A stretch of DNA of 64,000 bases from an uncultured Candidatus Saccharibacteria bacterium (GCA_964573095.1 CAZNIK010000001.1:56507-120506), one strand, 5' to 3'. Shown: positions 36,657 through 46,142, numbered from the stretch's first letter. Program-made: numbers and translations. The notes: generated by a model from the sequence alone, not told the origin.

Positions 36657-37688
36657 CTAGAGACTATTGGCGATACGAAGCAGTTGATCGCTTGTTAGGC
36701 TGGCATCGCCCTCGAGCTGGTACCACACGCCGCCATCTACCCAGGTGGCGTTTGAGCTGTTGTAGATATATACCGTCTTGCCGCCGTCTTGATAGGTTTG
36801 GTAGGGTTGTTTGTTCTGGGTAACGGTGTTTGCGAGCAGCGAAGCACTATTCCAGTTACTTGCCTGTTGCGTGAGTGTGAAGCCTTTATTGTCGGTGCGA
36901 GATCTAAAAGAAACCGAAACCTTACCTGGTTCGTGCTTGACAGAAGTAGCACCATACCCAGCCGGTTTATATCCAGGCATGCTCGCGGGAACTCCCGCGC
37001 GCGTTGCTGCGAGCCGCATTTCTATCGACGGCGCATTCTGGTAGGCAAAGAAGCCTACCAGCAAAAGCCCCGCGACCGATAAAAGTGCGATGTTTCCAGC
37101 TTTACTTTTGAGTCCGTATCTTCGCAGCGCGCGGCCCTTTTTGTGGGCTGCGGAGTCAAACTCTTTTAGGTGCGAGTCAGCGTTTTTTATTGCTTGTTCA
37201 AATATAGTGGGCTGAGTGGTGTGGTGATTCGCTTGTCGGGTTGAATTGCTGCCGCCTTTGTGCGGCTTCGCTACAGGCAATGCAACTGGTAGATGAGCCT
37301 GTCTTTTTGGTACAGACGTATGTGCGTTGGAATGATTGAATCTATGGACAAGCGGGTTTTTCGAGCTTTGTTTTGCTCTGAGCTCTCGAGCTTTTGTGGT
37401 TGCATCTTCCGCGATCGGTCTTTTTGAAGTGACATCGTTTCTAATGACGGGTTTCTTAACTGCCGGTCGCATAAGGGTCTTGGCTTTATCCTGCTTGCGG
37501 GTTGCCGTTGGAGCAACTTGGTGAGTCCCGCGGGTTTTTTTTCGAGCAAAACCATCAATGGCAGTTCCAGTTTTCGGTATGACGCTGGTGGGCGTCGGTT
37601 TTTCGGAAGGGACGTCGCTGATAATTCTGCCACTTCGGGCGTCATACCTTTTACCGTTTAGCTCGATTGTTGAAGTGTTATTTCCCAA
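36657..37688 (-). CDS. Membrane protein with basic N-terminal region and DUF4367-like C-terminal domain
   Basis: Single TM, PGYKPAGY, ATWVDGGVWYQLEG; TTG start. Confidence 0.7.
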   Translation of the reverse strand: MGNNTSTIELNGKRYDARSGRIISDVPSEKPTPTSVIPKTGTAIDGFARKKTRGTHQVAPTATRKQDKAKTLMRPAVKKPVIRNDVTSKRPIAEDATTKARELRAKQSSKNPLVHRFNHSNAHTSVPKRQAHLPVALPVAKPHKGGSNSTRQANHHTTQPTIFEQAIKNADSHLKEFDSAAHKKGRALRRYGLKSKAGNIALLSVAGLLLVGFFAYQNAPSIEMRLAATRAGVPASMPGYKPAGYGATSVKHEPGKVSVSFRSRTDNKGFTLTQQASNWNSASLLANTVTQNKQPYQTYQDGGKTVYIYNSSNATWVDGGVWYQLEGDASLTSDQLLRIANSL

Positions 37689-37830
37689 CGCTGGTGCCTT
37701 GACCCTGTTTAGATTTTTGGTGCTTATTCAATAGTGTAGTCCTATCTGTCAAAAAAATAAAGCAAATTTTGCCTCTTTCTTAAGCTGTGAATAATCCAAA
37801 AAAAATGGTATAACTGAGTGCTGTAGTAAC

Positions 37831-39318
37831 ATGGATTTTCTTGACCCAAAAGCAAAAAAAAGACGCGGCGTTCGACTTGGAGTCGGATATGTTCTGACAG
37901 CTATCCTCATTTTAACTGCAACCACTATTTTGGTTTTTAACGCCTATGGATTTGATGTTGACAGGAAAACCGGCGAAGTAATCCAGAATGGACTGGCATA
38001 CATTGACAGTGCTCCTAACGGTGCAACGATTCGCCTAAACGGCAAAGAGTATAAAGACCGGACAAACACCCGAATAACCCTGCAAAGTGGCGGCTACGAC
38101 TTATCGATCTACAAGAATGATTATAGGGACTGGAACCGGGCGTTTTCGCTGGACGGAGGAGAGGTTCAGCGTCTTACATATCCTCTGCTTATTCCAAAAA
38201 CACTCGACAGAACAACAGTCTTTGGCTATGAATCGGCACCAAGTTTTGTGTCGGAAAGTCCAGACCGTCGATGGGTCATTACGAGCGTTTCCAACTCACT
38301 TACGAGCTATATTCAGTATGACCTCAATACGTTGACTGCAAATAAGCTGCCAACTGAGAAGGCGATCGCCTTTCCCGCAGAACTTTTCACGAAAGCTGAC
38401 GGTGGCCACAGTGTTGAGTTGGTCGAATGGTCCAATGACAACAAGCACCTTCTCGTCAAACACAGTTTTGCTGGTGGCCAGGAGTTTGTGGTACTCAATC
38501 GGGATGTTCCAACAGAGTCAATCAACATCAATAAGCTACTCAACCAAAACCCAGGAGCTGTATCTTTGATAGACAAGAAATATGATAAATGGTATCTGCT
38601 TACAAACCCTGGAGGACAGCTTGCGACAGCGGATGCAAAAACCAAGCAAGCCACCCCTCTTCTGTCTGGTGTCGGTGTCTATAAGTCTCATGGCGAAGAT
38701 ACGTTGGTCTACACGATGCCAGTAGTAAATTCCAACGTCCAGCGAGTTATGATTCGCCAAGGCAATGACACGTACGCAATCCGTGAAATTTCAGCTGGCA
38801 CCGCTATGTTAGATATCGCCCGCTACGATAGTTCTTGGTATATCGTCATTGGAAGTGCCACTGATAAAAAAACCTATGTGTACAAAAACCCCCAAACAAT
38901 CCTTTCAAAACGCGACAAGTCTCGACCAGTTCCCTCGGCCGTGCTCCGAAGCCCCGATTCTCTTACAAAGGTGGGGTTTTCGCAGAACACGCGCTTTGTT
39001 TCCTCGCAAAGCGGACAACACTTCGAGGTTTATGACGCCGAATACAAGAAGCTCTATCGGTTTAATGTTGCAAAGCCGTTTGATCCCGGAAGTACTGTCA
39101 CTTGGATGGACGGCCATAGGTTGTCGGCCAAGAGTGGCGGCACATTAATTATTTTTGATTTTGACGGTTCTAATCTCCAGGATCTCGTTGCCTCGATTCC
39201 CCAATCGATACCAATGTTTGATAGGGATTATACGTTGCTTTACAGCGTTGGTGCTTCGAGCACCCCAAACAAATTCGATTTTGTAAAAACAAATTTACGC
39301 GCTAAGGCCGACCAATAA
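37831..39318 (+). CDS. PEGA-domain surface protein with beta-propeller-like region
   Basis: N-terminal TM, IDSAPNGATIRLNG...GGYDLSIYKNDYRDW, SPDRRW, WSNDN. Confidence 0.8.
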   Translation: MDFLDPKAKKRRGVRLGVGYVLTAILILTATTILVFNAYGFDVDRKTGEVIQNGLAYIDSAPNGATIRLNGKEYKDRTNTRITLQSGGYDLSIYKNDYRDWNRAFSLDGGEVQRLTYPLLIPKTLDRTTVFGYESAPSFVSESPDRRWVITSVSNSLTSYIQYDLNTLTANKLPTEKAIAFPAELFTKADGGHSVELVEWSNDNKHLLVKHSFAGGQEFVVLNRDVPTESININKLLNQNPGAVSLIDKKYDKWYLLTNPGGQLATADAKTKQATPLLSGVGVYKSHGEDTLVYTMPVVNSNVQRVMIRQGNDTYAIREISAGTAMLDIARYDSSWYIVIGSATDKKTYVYKNPQTILSKRDKSRPVPSAVLRSPDSLTKVGFSQNTRFVSSQSGQHFEVYDAEYKKLYRFNVAKPFDPGSTVTWMDGHRLSAKSGGTLIIFDFDGSNLQDLVASIPQSIPMFDRDYTLLYSVGASSTPNKFDFVKTNLRAKADQ

Positions 39319-39321
39319 GCC

Positions 39322-40482
39322 TTAGTTTGAGAAAACTCTGGTAATACGGTACCAAAGGGTTGGAGAGTTGCTTGGTAGTTTTTCGGGCGCACGTGATGAG
39401 TCGGTGGCGCTGCTTTCTTTGTTAGTGGATGGGTCTGGAAATATCTGTTCGGCTTGGACTATTAATCTATTTGTCGACGTGCCAGGGGGGTCACACGTAA
39501 TAAGTGTCATGGTGGACGGTCGATCGGTATTGTTTAGTACGCTCGTGTCTTTGGGATCTGTAACAAACTTGTTATAGACCTTATACACATATCGTTTTCC
39601 GTCTTTTTGAACGATGAAGGTATCGCCATTTTCAAGGCTTTTTAAAAGTATAAATGCAAATTTGTACTTGCCCTTGTTTAGGATGTTGCTGCTCGAGTGA
39701 CCAAAGATGACAGAGTTGCCCTTTTCGCCGGGATTGGGGGTCGTAATATAATGAACAACGCCATTTTCGAGTCCCTTTTGCACATCCTTTTCTTCTATGC
39801 TGGGCACGTCATAAATTACGGGTGCCTCCAGATTAATTTTTGGAATAATTATTTTCGCCTCTGGCCCAACTGGGCCACTGTTATTGGGGTCAACAATTAT
39901 TGGCGTGGCGCTCACATTTTGGCTCGGTCGAATGAAGGGGGCAATAAATCGCTCATTGAAAAAGCTAAACATTAAAATGACTACCACGAGCGTACCCATG
40001 CCCACTCCAAACACCATAGCTCGTACATGGTGGCTGTCGCGGAGTCGTTTTTGTGCCGAGACCTTCTTGAGCAGTTGTTTTTTGACATCGCCGTGACGGT
40101 TATTGCGTGGATGTGGGGTTGCATTTTTTTTGGGCAGTTCAGTTATTGGGGGTGTCTTTTTGTTTGTGGTTGCTGGTTGTCGCCTTTCTCGGTCGTGTTC
40201 GGCATAAAATTCTTGCCAAACCTCGTGTTTTTCCACGTCGCTGAGATTGACATAGTATTCGTGCCAAGCAGTCTGAATTTCGGCTAGTCCCTTCCCGGAG
40301 TCTGCTAGGCGCTTCATGTAGTTTTGATGTTTCGACGTCGACTTTCCGAGATGCGCTACTTCATCAATTTCTTCCTCCGCGCTGGGCTCTTCTGCATACA
40401 GGGCGTCAAGTTTACCACGAATAAGCTCCACGGCTTTGTCTTGAGCTAAATCTTCTTTGTTATTATTGCTTTGAGGGTCCAT
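39322..40482 (-). CDS. Sortase family protein with N-terminal extension
   Basis: IIIPKI, IFGHSS, TLITC, RLIV (His-Cys-Arg triad). Confidence 0.9.
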   Translation of the reverse strand: MDPQSNNNKEDLAQDKAVELIRGKLDALYAEEPSAEEEIDEVAHLGKSTSKHQNYMKRLADSGKGLAEIQTAWHEYYVNLSDVEKHEVWQEFYAEHDRERRQPATTNKKTPPITELPKKNATPHPRNNRHGDVKKQLLKKVSAQKRLRDSHHVRAMVFGVGMGTLVVVILMFSFFNERFIAPFIRPSQNVSATPIIVDPNNSGPVGPEAKIIIPKINLEAPVIYDVPSIEEKDVQKGLENGVVHYITTPNPGEKGNSVIFGHSSSNILNKGKYKFAFILLKSLENGDTFIVQKDGKRYVYKVYNKFVTDPKDTSVLNNTDRPSTMTLITCDPPGTSTNRLIVQAEQIFPDPSTNKESSATDSSRAPEKLPSNSPTLWYRITRVFSN

Positions 40483-40548
40483 AAAATAACCAGCTCAAAT
40501 AGAGGCTGTGTTAGTAATTATAGTATACTTACTTCGACAGTCATACGT

Positions 40549-40633
40549 GCCGGAGTGGCGGAATTGGTATACGCGTGCGACTCAAAATCGCATTCTTTCG
40601 GGATTGAGGGTTCGAGTCCCTCCTCCGGCACCA
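40549..40633 (+). tRNA. tRNA-Leu (CAA)
   Basis: GCCGGAG/CTCCGGC, anticodon arm TGCGA-CTCAAAA-TCGCA, long variable arm, CCA. Confidence 0.97.
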
Positions 40634-40724
40634 TTGAAATCTGTACGATTTTGAAATGGCATGGTGGCAAACACCTAAGAGTACTTGTTCTGTTGTGTCA
40701 TGTCTTTGGGATAAGGAGCGATAA

Positions 40725-41252
40725 GTGGGGCATCTGAACGTTGAGATAAAAGCACGATGTGATAACCAAGATATCATAAGGAACTACCTAAAAGAGCATA
40801 AGGCTGACTTTAAGGGCGTAGACCATCAAATAGATACGTATTTTATTGTGTCGAATGGTCGCTTAAAGCTAAGAGAAGGTGAAATTGAGAACTTTCTCAT
40901 TCACTATCAGCGTTCAGACCAAGCAGGACCTAAGCAGTCAATAATCACGCTTTATACTTCACAGCCGAATTCAACGCTTAAAGAAGCTCTGACAAAAGCC
41001 CTAGGCGTTTTGGTGGTTGTCGACAAAAAGCGGGAGATTTACTTTATTGAAAATGTAAAATTCCACATTGATGCGGTAAAAGGACTGGGTACGTTTATGG
41101 AAATCGAGGCCATAGACAAGGACGGCAACATCGGGAATGAGAAGCTAAATGAACAGTGCCAAAAATATCTAAAAGAAATGGGCATTAAAGATGAAGATTT
41201 AGTGTCTGTTTCTTATAGTGACTTACTGCTTAAGAAAGTGGCTGCCGTTTAA
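40725..41252 (+). CDS. CYTH/class IV adenylate cyclase family
   Basis: NVEIKAR, QIDTYF, RLKLRE, VDKKR, LGTFMEIEA, SYSDL. Confidence 0.9.
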   Translation: MGHLNVEIKARCDNQDIIRNYLKEHKADFKGVDHQIDTYFIVSNGRLKLREGEIENFLIHYQRSDQAGPKQSIITLYTSQPNSTLKEALTKALGVLVVVDKKREIYFIENVKFHIDAVKGLGTFMEIEAIDKDGNIGNEKLNEQCQKYLKEMGIKDEDLVSVSYSDLLLKKVAAV

Positions 41253-41340
41253 AATACGCCAGCTATCTTGCATGCAAAAACATTGCAATCTTGCAGTTGT
41301 TCCATTTTTTGGTGTCCTTGTACGGTAAGGACACCATGGT

Positions 41341-42114
41341 CTAGATTTTTGTTTCCCAGCAGGCGCACGCGAGCGCCTCTTTTATCTTTGTGGGGTTCTG
41401 AAGAGCCCACACGGCCGCTAGCGGAGCAATATTCTCATTTTGCGACGAAGTAGTTGAGATTACTTCGCCTTGATGTGTCACCCACAGCGTCTGGTTGTCG
41501 ACTACCATTACAAAACTTCTGCAACTCTCCGAGACTTCTTTGAGCGACTGCGCAAATTGAGGGGGTGCCTGGGTAGACGTTATCGGTTGCAGTACTTTTA
41601 GCTCGCGGGCAGCATTCTGAATGTCGCGGTGGGTAAACATCACCACTCGTTGATCAGATGACAAGATGTCGGACGCGTCAAGCGTTATAGTGGTGAGGGC
41701 ATTTGTGGCGATAATCATCGTTTTGGGACAGGTTTGCATGAACTGCTCAATCAATAGACTTGTTTCGCTATTCTTGCCAAGATCACCAGCAATCAAGACA
41801 CCATCTGACCAGCGGGCGAGTTCTAAAAGCTCTGCCAGAGAGGTTTTTGCAAACCCACCGCTTGGATTGCTCGGGGCGTACTCAATAAAATCAAAACCGT
41901 GTGTTATTTTGCGCAGACTATCTGGAACAACTGCCCGCACATGTCCCGCCCCCGCCGCGCTGGATCCGGCGAAGCTTCGGGCAACAACAGAGAATCCCGC
42001 AGAACTTCCACCAATAATCAACAACTTACCTGCTCCACGCTTTGTGACTGGCTTGCTCCAAAGTAGGTCTGGATATAACGGCTTATCCCTTTGCTGCTTC
42101 CAGTAGCCCGCCAC
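41341..42114 (-). CDS. NAD(P)H-hydrate dehydratase-like (YjeF C-terminal) protein, divergent
   Basis: GKLLIIGGS, AAGAGHV, IAGDLGKNSET. Confidence 0.7.
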   Translation of the reverse strand: MAGYWKQQRDKPLYPDLLWSKPVTKRGAGKLLIIGGSSAGFSVVARSFAGSSAAGAGHVRAVVPDSLRKITHGFDFIEYAPSNPSGGFAKTSLAELLELARWSDGVLIAGDLGKNSETSLLIEQFMQTCPKTMIIATNALTTITLDASDILSSDQRVVMFTHRDIQNAARELKVLQPITSTQAPPQFAQSLKEVSESCRSFVMVVDNQTLWVTHQGEVISTTSSQNENIAPLAAVWALQNPTKIKEALACACWETKI

Positions 42115-43040
42115 TAAAAAATCAATCCTATCAGTGTTTGGCCTACGTCGTAGTTTGAGCGATCAGAGCCAGAGTGGCCTGCAAGGGTCCAGTGTAGTTG
42201 ACTGTTTGGGAGGGCGTTGTGGAGTGCGTAGGCCGACGCTGGCAAGCACACCATGTCATACCGACCGTGCACAATATGAATTGGCATGGTGAGTTTGTTG
42301 GCGTTTTTTAGTATGTAATCGTCTTTGATAAAACAGTTATTGCTGACGTAGTGGGCAATTATACGAGCGTAGGATATGTCGTAGTCTTCGTAATCTCGAA
42401 GCTTAAATCGATGATCCAAGGGAATAATGCTTCCCTCACCTTCTGTGTAGTGGTAGGCTGCCTTTTTTGAGTTTTTTTCGAGAATTTGTTGGCGGAGGTA
42501 TGCACCGGGACGGTCCAAATATTTCTTTGGAATATTCTTTACGTAAAATTCGTATACTTCTGGAAAAAAGATGCGATATCCGGCGTTGTCAAACCAGTCT
42601 AGCTCTTCTTTTGTGCCAAGCATAATCCCGGCAATAAGCATTTTGCTGACCCGCTCTGGGTGCGAAATTCCGTACATGAGCGCCAGGGTTGAACCCCACG
42701 AACCCCCGTAAAGCGCAAATTTTTTGATTGCGAGCTTTGAGCGAATAAGCTCAATATCCGCTATTAAATGGTCGGTGGTGTTGTGTTGTATCGATCCTTT
42801 AGGAATACTGTTCCCTGCGCCGCGTTGGTCGAAAAAAACTACATAATGTTTTTTAGGGTCAAAACGGTCTTTGTGCTTGTCGGACAGACCAGCTCCAGGC
42901 CCACCGTGCAGGAAGATAATCGGCGTGCCTTTGTCATTTCCCCACTCTTGTACATATATTGTGTGATGTCCGTCTGTGGTTTTCCATCTGTGTTCAGCGA
43001 TGGTGTGTTTATCTCGAGTAAAATTTTTTAGACCACTCAT
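42114..43040 (-). CDS. pip: Proline iminopeptidase
   Basis: LHGGPG, FDQRGAG, GGSWGSTL, HGRYDMVC, AGHS. Confidence 0.92.
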   Translation of the reverse strand: MSGLKNFTRDKHTIAEHRWKTTDGHHTIYVQEWGNDKGTPIIFLHGGPGAGLSDKHKDRFDPKKHYVVFFDQRGAGNSIPKGSIQHNTTDHLIADIELIRSKLAIKKFALYGGSWGSTLALMYGISHPERVSKMLIAGIMLGTKEELDWFDNAGYRIFFPEVYEFYVKNIPKKYLDRPGAYLRQQILEKNSKKAAYHYTEGEGSIIPLDHRFKLRDYEDYDISYARIIAHYVSNNCFIKDDYILKNANKLTMPIHIVHGRYDMVCLPASAYALHNALPNSQLHWTLAGHSGSDRSNYDVGQTLIGLIF

Positions 43041-43059
43041 ATGAATGAAGTATACCCTC

Positions 43060-44292
43060 TTAAGACGCTTGAAGCCTACGGAGATTTACTGCATCGGACA
43101 GTAGGTTTAACATTTTTTCTGTTTCCGCAAGGCCGACACAGCCATCAGTTATGCTTTGGCCATAGACCAGGTTTTTCTGGTCATCAAGCGATTGTGATCC
43201 CTCTACAAGATTACTCTCTATCATTACGCCCTTGATCGCCACTTCTCCGAGCGCAATCTGATGAGAAACATTGCTGATCACCTCGGCTTGCTTTCGAAAA
43301 TCCTTGTTACTATTTGCGTGCGCGGCATCAATTAGTATGGCTTCGAGCAAGTTTTTGTCGCGAAGGATGTTTTTCGCAGCCTCAACCTGTGCAGGAAAAT
43401 AATTTGGTCCTTCTTGGCTTCCCCGAAGAATAATGTGGGCCATCACGTTTCCTGTGGTCGTCACTTGCATCGGAGTGCCTTGCATATTCATGCCCAAAAA
43501 GTCGTGTGGTGCGTTGGCAGCTACTACTGCTTCGGCTGCTGCCTGGATGCTGCCTTCGGGAGTGTTTTTGAAACCAACTGGAGAAGATGTACCAGAAGCA
43601 TATTCTCGGGCTTTTTGGTCAGTGGTATTTCTCGCACCAATTGCATCGTAGGCAACAAGCCCGTTAAAGTACTGAGGCGTATTAGCGTTTAATCGTTCCA
43701 TGGCGATGGGCATGCCTAGGTTTGTAATTTGACACGACAACATTCTAGATAAAACTATTCCAAGGTTAATATCGTTTGAGTCGTCGAGCCTGGGGTCGTA
43801 TTCAAAACCTTTCCAGCCAAGTTCGGTTCTTGGTTTTGCCATGTACGCTCGCATGACAATCTCAAGATTATCCTTATGAAATTCGCGCTGCTCGTAAAGC
43901 CAGCTTGCGTATTCCAGAGCGCTTTCGGCGTCGTGAATCGAGCATGGTCCCACAATCGCGACCAAGCGATCATCTTTACTCGAAAGGATCGCTTCAATAG
44001 AGGATCGACTTTTGCGGGTGGTGTTTGCGCTTTCTTCGGTAACCGGTAAAACTTGCGCCAGCGCCTTTGGGGTAAGGACTGGTGTTTTTTCTGCAATTCG
44101 AGTGTCAACAATATCATCTTCGTTTATCTCCGTGGTTGGTTTGTACCCAAGGTCCTCTCGCACATTTTCGAGGAGCTGTAGTTCGGTTTGTTCGGCAACC
44201 TCAGCCGCGCGTTCTTGTATGCGTAGCAGCGAATCCTTTATTCGTTCAGCCTCATGGATGGGGTTTAATTGTGGTGTTGTTTCTGGTGACAT
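43060..44292 (-). CDS. Class I-alpha DAHP synthase (AroF/G/H family) with N-terminal extension
   Basis: VGPCSIHD, KPRT..GWKG, AIGAR, PVGFKN, HIILRG, HANS, GVMIES, YGQSITDGC; SD AAAGGAG. Confidence 0.95.
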   Translation of the reverse strand: MSPETTPQLNPIHEAERIKDSLLRIQERAAEVAEQTELQLLENVREDLGYKPTTEINEDDIVDTRIAEKTPVLTPKALAQVLPVTEESANTTRKSRSSIEAILSSKDDRLVAIVGPCSIHDAESALEYASWLYEQREFHKDNLEIVMRAYMAKPRTELGWKGFEYDPRLDDSNDINLGIVLSRMLSCQITNLGMPIAMERLNANTPQYFNGLVAYDAIGARNTTDQKAREYASGTSSPVGFKNTPEGSIQAAAEAVVAANAPHDFLGMNMQGTPMQVTTTGNVMAHIILRGSQEGPNYFPAQVEAAKNILRDKNLLEAILIDAAHANSNKDFRKQAEVISNVSHQIALGEVAIKGVMIESNLVEGSQSLDDQKNLVYGQSITDGCVGLAETEKMLNLLSDAVNLRRLQAS

Positions 44293-44310
44293 TACTTCTC
44301 CTTTAGAATA

Positions 44311-44334
44311 ATAAAAAACCGCCGTAGTGGCGGT
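44311..44334 (-). terminator. Attenuator terminator upstream of DAHP synthase
   Basis: mRNA ACCGCC-ACUAC-GGCGGU running into a U6 tract. Confidence 0.85.
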
Positions 44335-44357
44335 GTAGCTTACTGACTTTAGTTAAT

Positions 44358-44435
44358 CTATTTTTTAGATTGCAGGTGCATACCGCCGCTTTTTCGGCTC
44401 GTAAACCAGAAGAAACTATAGTATGCGTTACTCAT
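44358..44435 (-). CDS. Aromatic amino acid leader peptide MSNAYYSFFWFTSRKSGGMHLQSKK
   Basis: 25-codon ORF with TAC TAT AGT TTC TTC TGG TTT, upstream of the terminator and DAHP synthase. Confidence 0.88.
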   Translation of the reverse strand: MSNAYYSFFWFTSRKSGGMHLQSKK

Positions 44436-44478
44436 AACTATTAGAGATGATAACCCATAATCGCCCCAAATGGCAAGG

Positions 44479-44521
44479 TGTGGATAAGAAGGGTTGACGC
44501 ATAAGCGCTTTATGCTACTAT
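44479..44521 (+). promoter_or_regulatory. DnaA box plus promoter with a palindromic spacer
   Basis: TGTGGATAA 44479-44487; TTGACG-16 nt-TACTAT; inverted repeat GCATAA-GCGCT-TTATGC 44499-44515. Confidence 0.6.
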
Positions 44522-44564
44522 CAGAGTTAGTATCTAAAAAAACTAAAAAACAAAAAGGTTAAAC

Positions 44565-44855
44565 ATGTCAAAAAGCAAATTAGTAAATTCCGAGCATGGC
44601 ATTGCCCATCTTGGGTTAATTCTGGTTGCTCTCGTTGTTATTGGGGTGGCGGGCTTCGCAGCCTACCGCGTAACCAGCCAAAACAACAAGAACGATAGTG
44701 TTGCAACCAACCAACAAACTGCAGCAGATGAAGATTCTGATATGGCCTACGACGATAGCTCGAAAGCGCTTGAGAAGAGCATCGAAAATTCAGATAAAGA
44801 TGTGAATGCTCAAAGCGATGCATCTACAAATGCTTCGGAGGCTAGCAATGAATAA
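44565..44855 (+). CDS. Small membrane-anchored protein with pilin-like N-terminus
   Basis: NSEHG-IAHLGLILVALVVIGVAGFAAYRV then polar tail. Confidence 0.7.
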   Translation: MSKSKLVNSEHGIAHLGLILVALVVIGVAGFAAYRVTSQNNKNDSVATNQQTAADEDSDMAYDDSSKALEKSIENSDKDVNAQSDASTNASEASNE

Positions 44856-45951
44856 GAATCACTTAAAGCAAATTAGTTTATTTGGTATAAGCGCCGTATT
44901 TTCCCTATCCGTTTTGGCGGTTCCAGTAGCAGTTAGGGCGGCCACAACCGGCGGTACTGCTGCCCCAAGTTCGACAGACCAAGGCATCTCGGTGACGTTC
45001 AAAAGCGAAGCCGATTGTGTAGCTGGTGTACAAGCTGCGTCACTCGAAAAAATTAAGGCGTACGGCGAAAACAGAGTTAAGGGTCGCCTTAACAGCATTA
45101 ATTTCAAAAGCAAGTCGGGCGAAGGCAGTAAGTTTGGTAACGACGTATCGATAGAAAAATTTTACAAAGTTAAAATTGATGCGCTTAACAATCATAAGGC
45201 CGAAGCAGATAAACTGATCAAGCAAGAAACAGCCAAAGTGTCTCAACCAACAGGTGGGGTCGCGGCTCCCGCAACTGTTGATGTTTCAAGCTATGTCACT
45301 CGATTGGAAACTGACAAGCGTGACATGAAGGCCGTAGTGGCAAATGCAAAAACTGTGCTTACAAAAAGCCAGGCTGATCTAAAGACCGCAGACTCACAGC
45401 AAAAAGCTGCCGAAGCAGCTTGTGCTGCGGTTTGGAAAACAAGAATGCAGACCTATCAATGGCAGCGCTGGCTCAATCAACAGAGTATTGACAATTCTTA
45501 CCTAAATCTTGCGCTGGTTGACGTAAGTAACCAAGTTGCAACTAAGCTTTCGGTGTTAACCAAGGCTAATCCAACTGCTAACAAAGCAGCCTTGGCACAA
45601 GTGAAGACTTTGCCGGATGTTGCACCGGTGCTAAAAAGTCTCGACGCAACCAACGGTGTACTTAAGGGAATAACTATTGACGAGATTAATCAAATCCCAT
45701 CAACGGCGAGTCCTGCAGCGACAAAAGCCTACTTCGCGACCAAGGTTGGCAACCTTAAGGCTACTAAGGCCCAGATTAAGCAAATGTATGAAGCCTCCAA
45801 GAAAGTTAAGGAAGCAGTTCGTGCAGAAGTAAAGAAGAGTTACAAAGGAACGGCTCAAGCAAAAAAAGTCGAAACCAAGCAAGGCGTTGACGTAAAAAAG
45901 AATAACAGCTCATCTACGCGCCAAGGAGGAACTCAAGCTCCTAGCCGATAG
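44848..45951 (+). CDS. Secreted Ala/Lys-rich helical protein
   Basis: Signal peptide ending VAVRA-A; ATG 44848 overlaps the upstream gene. Confidence 0.75.
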   Translation: MNKNHLKQISLFGISAVFSLSVLAVPVAVRAATTGGTAAPSSTDQGISVTFKSEADCVAGVQAASLEKIKAYGENRVKGRLNSINFKSKSGEGSKFGNDVSIEKFYKVKIDALNNHKAEADKLIKQETAKVSQPTGGVAAPATVDVSSYVTRLETDKRDMKAVVANAKTVLTKSQADLKTADSQQKAAEAACAAVWKTRMQTYQWQRWLNQQSIDNSYLNLALVDVSNQVATKLSVLTKANPTANKAALAQVKTLPDVAPVLKSLDATNGVLKGITIDEINQIPSTASPAATKAYFATKVGNLKATKAQIKQMYEASKKVKEAVRAEVKKSYKGTAQAKKVETKQGVDVKKNNSSSTRQGGTQAPSR

Positions 45952-45972
45952 TAACAAGAGTGCGTTTTAGAT

Positions 45973-46012
45973 AAAGACCTCTCCCTTGGGTGGGCGAGGT
46001 CTTTTCTTTTTT
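45973..46012 (+). terminator. Intrinsic terminator
   Basis: AAAGACCTC/GAGGTCTTT stem followed by a T-rich tract. Confidence 0.8.
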
Positions 46013-46063
46013 CTCTCACTCAGTCATCCCAAGATGCTTCGGCACCAAGTATCACATTACAAA

Positions 46064-46103
46064 AGTACTACATTATTAAGCGATCGCTTAATAATGTAGT
46101 ACT
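46064..46103. repeat. Perfect 40-bp palindrome with no spacer
   Basis: AGTACTACATTATTAAGCGA|TCGCTTAATAATGTAGTACT. Confidence 0.9.
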
Positions 46104-46142
46104 AATTCTAATTTTGGATTGTGTTTACTTAAAAAAATGAGG

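Noticed and set aside
40471-40777. ORFs overlapping tRNA-Leu (likewise 49870-50181 over tRNA-Ser)
   Set aside because: Artefacts of reading through tRNA genes
46064-46103. dif site
   Set aside because: dif is a 28-bp imperfect repeat with a 6-bp spacer; this is a 40-bp perfect palindrome without the XerD arm consensus
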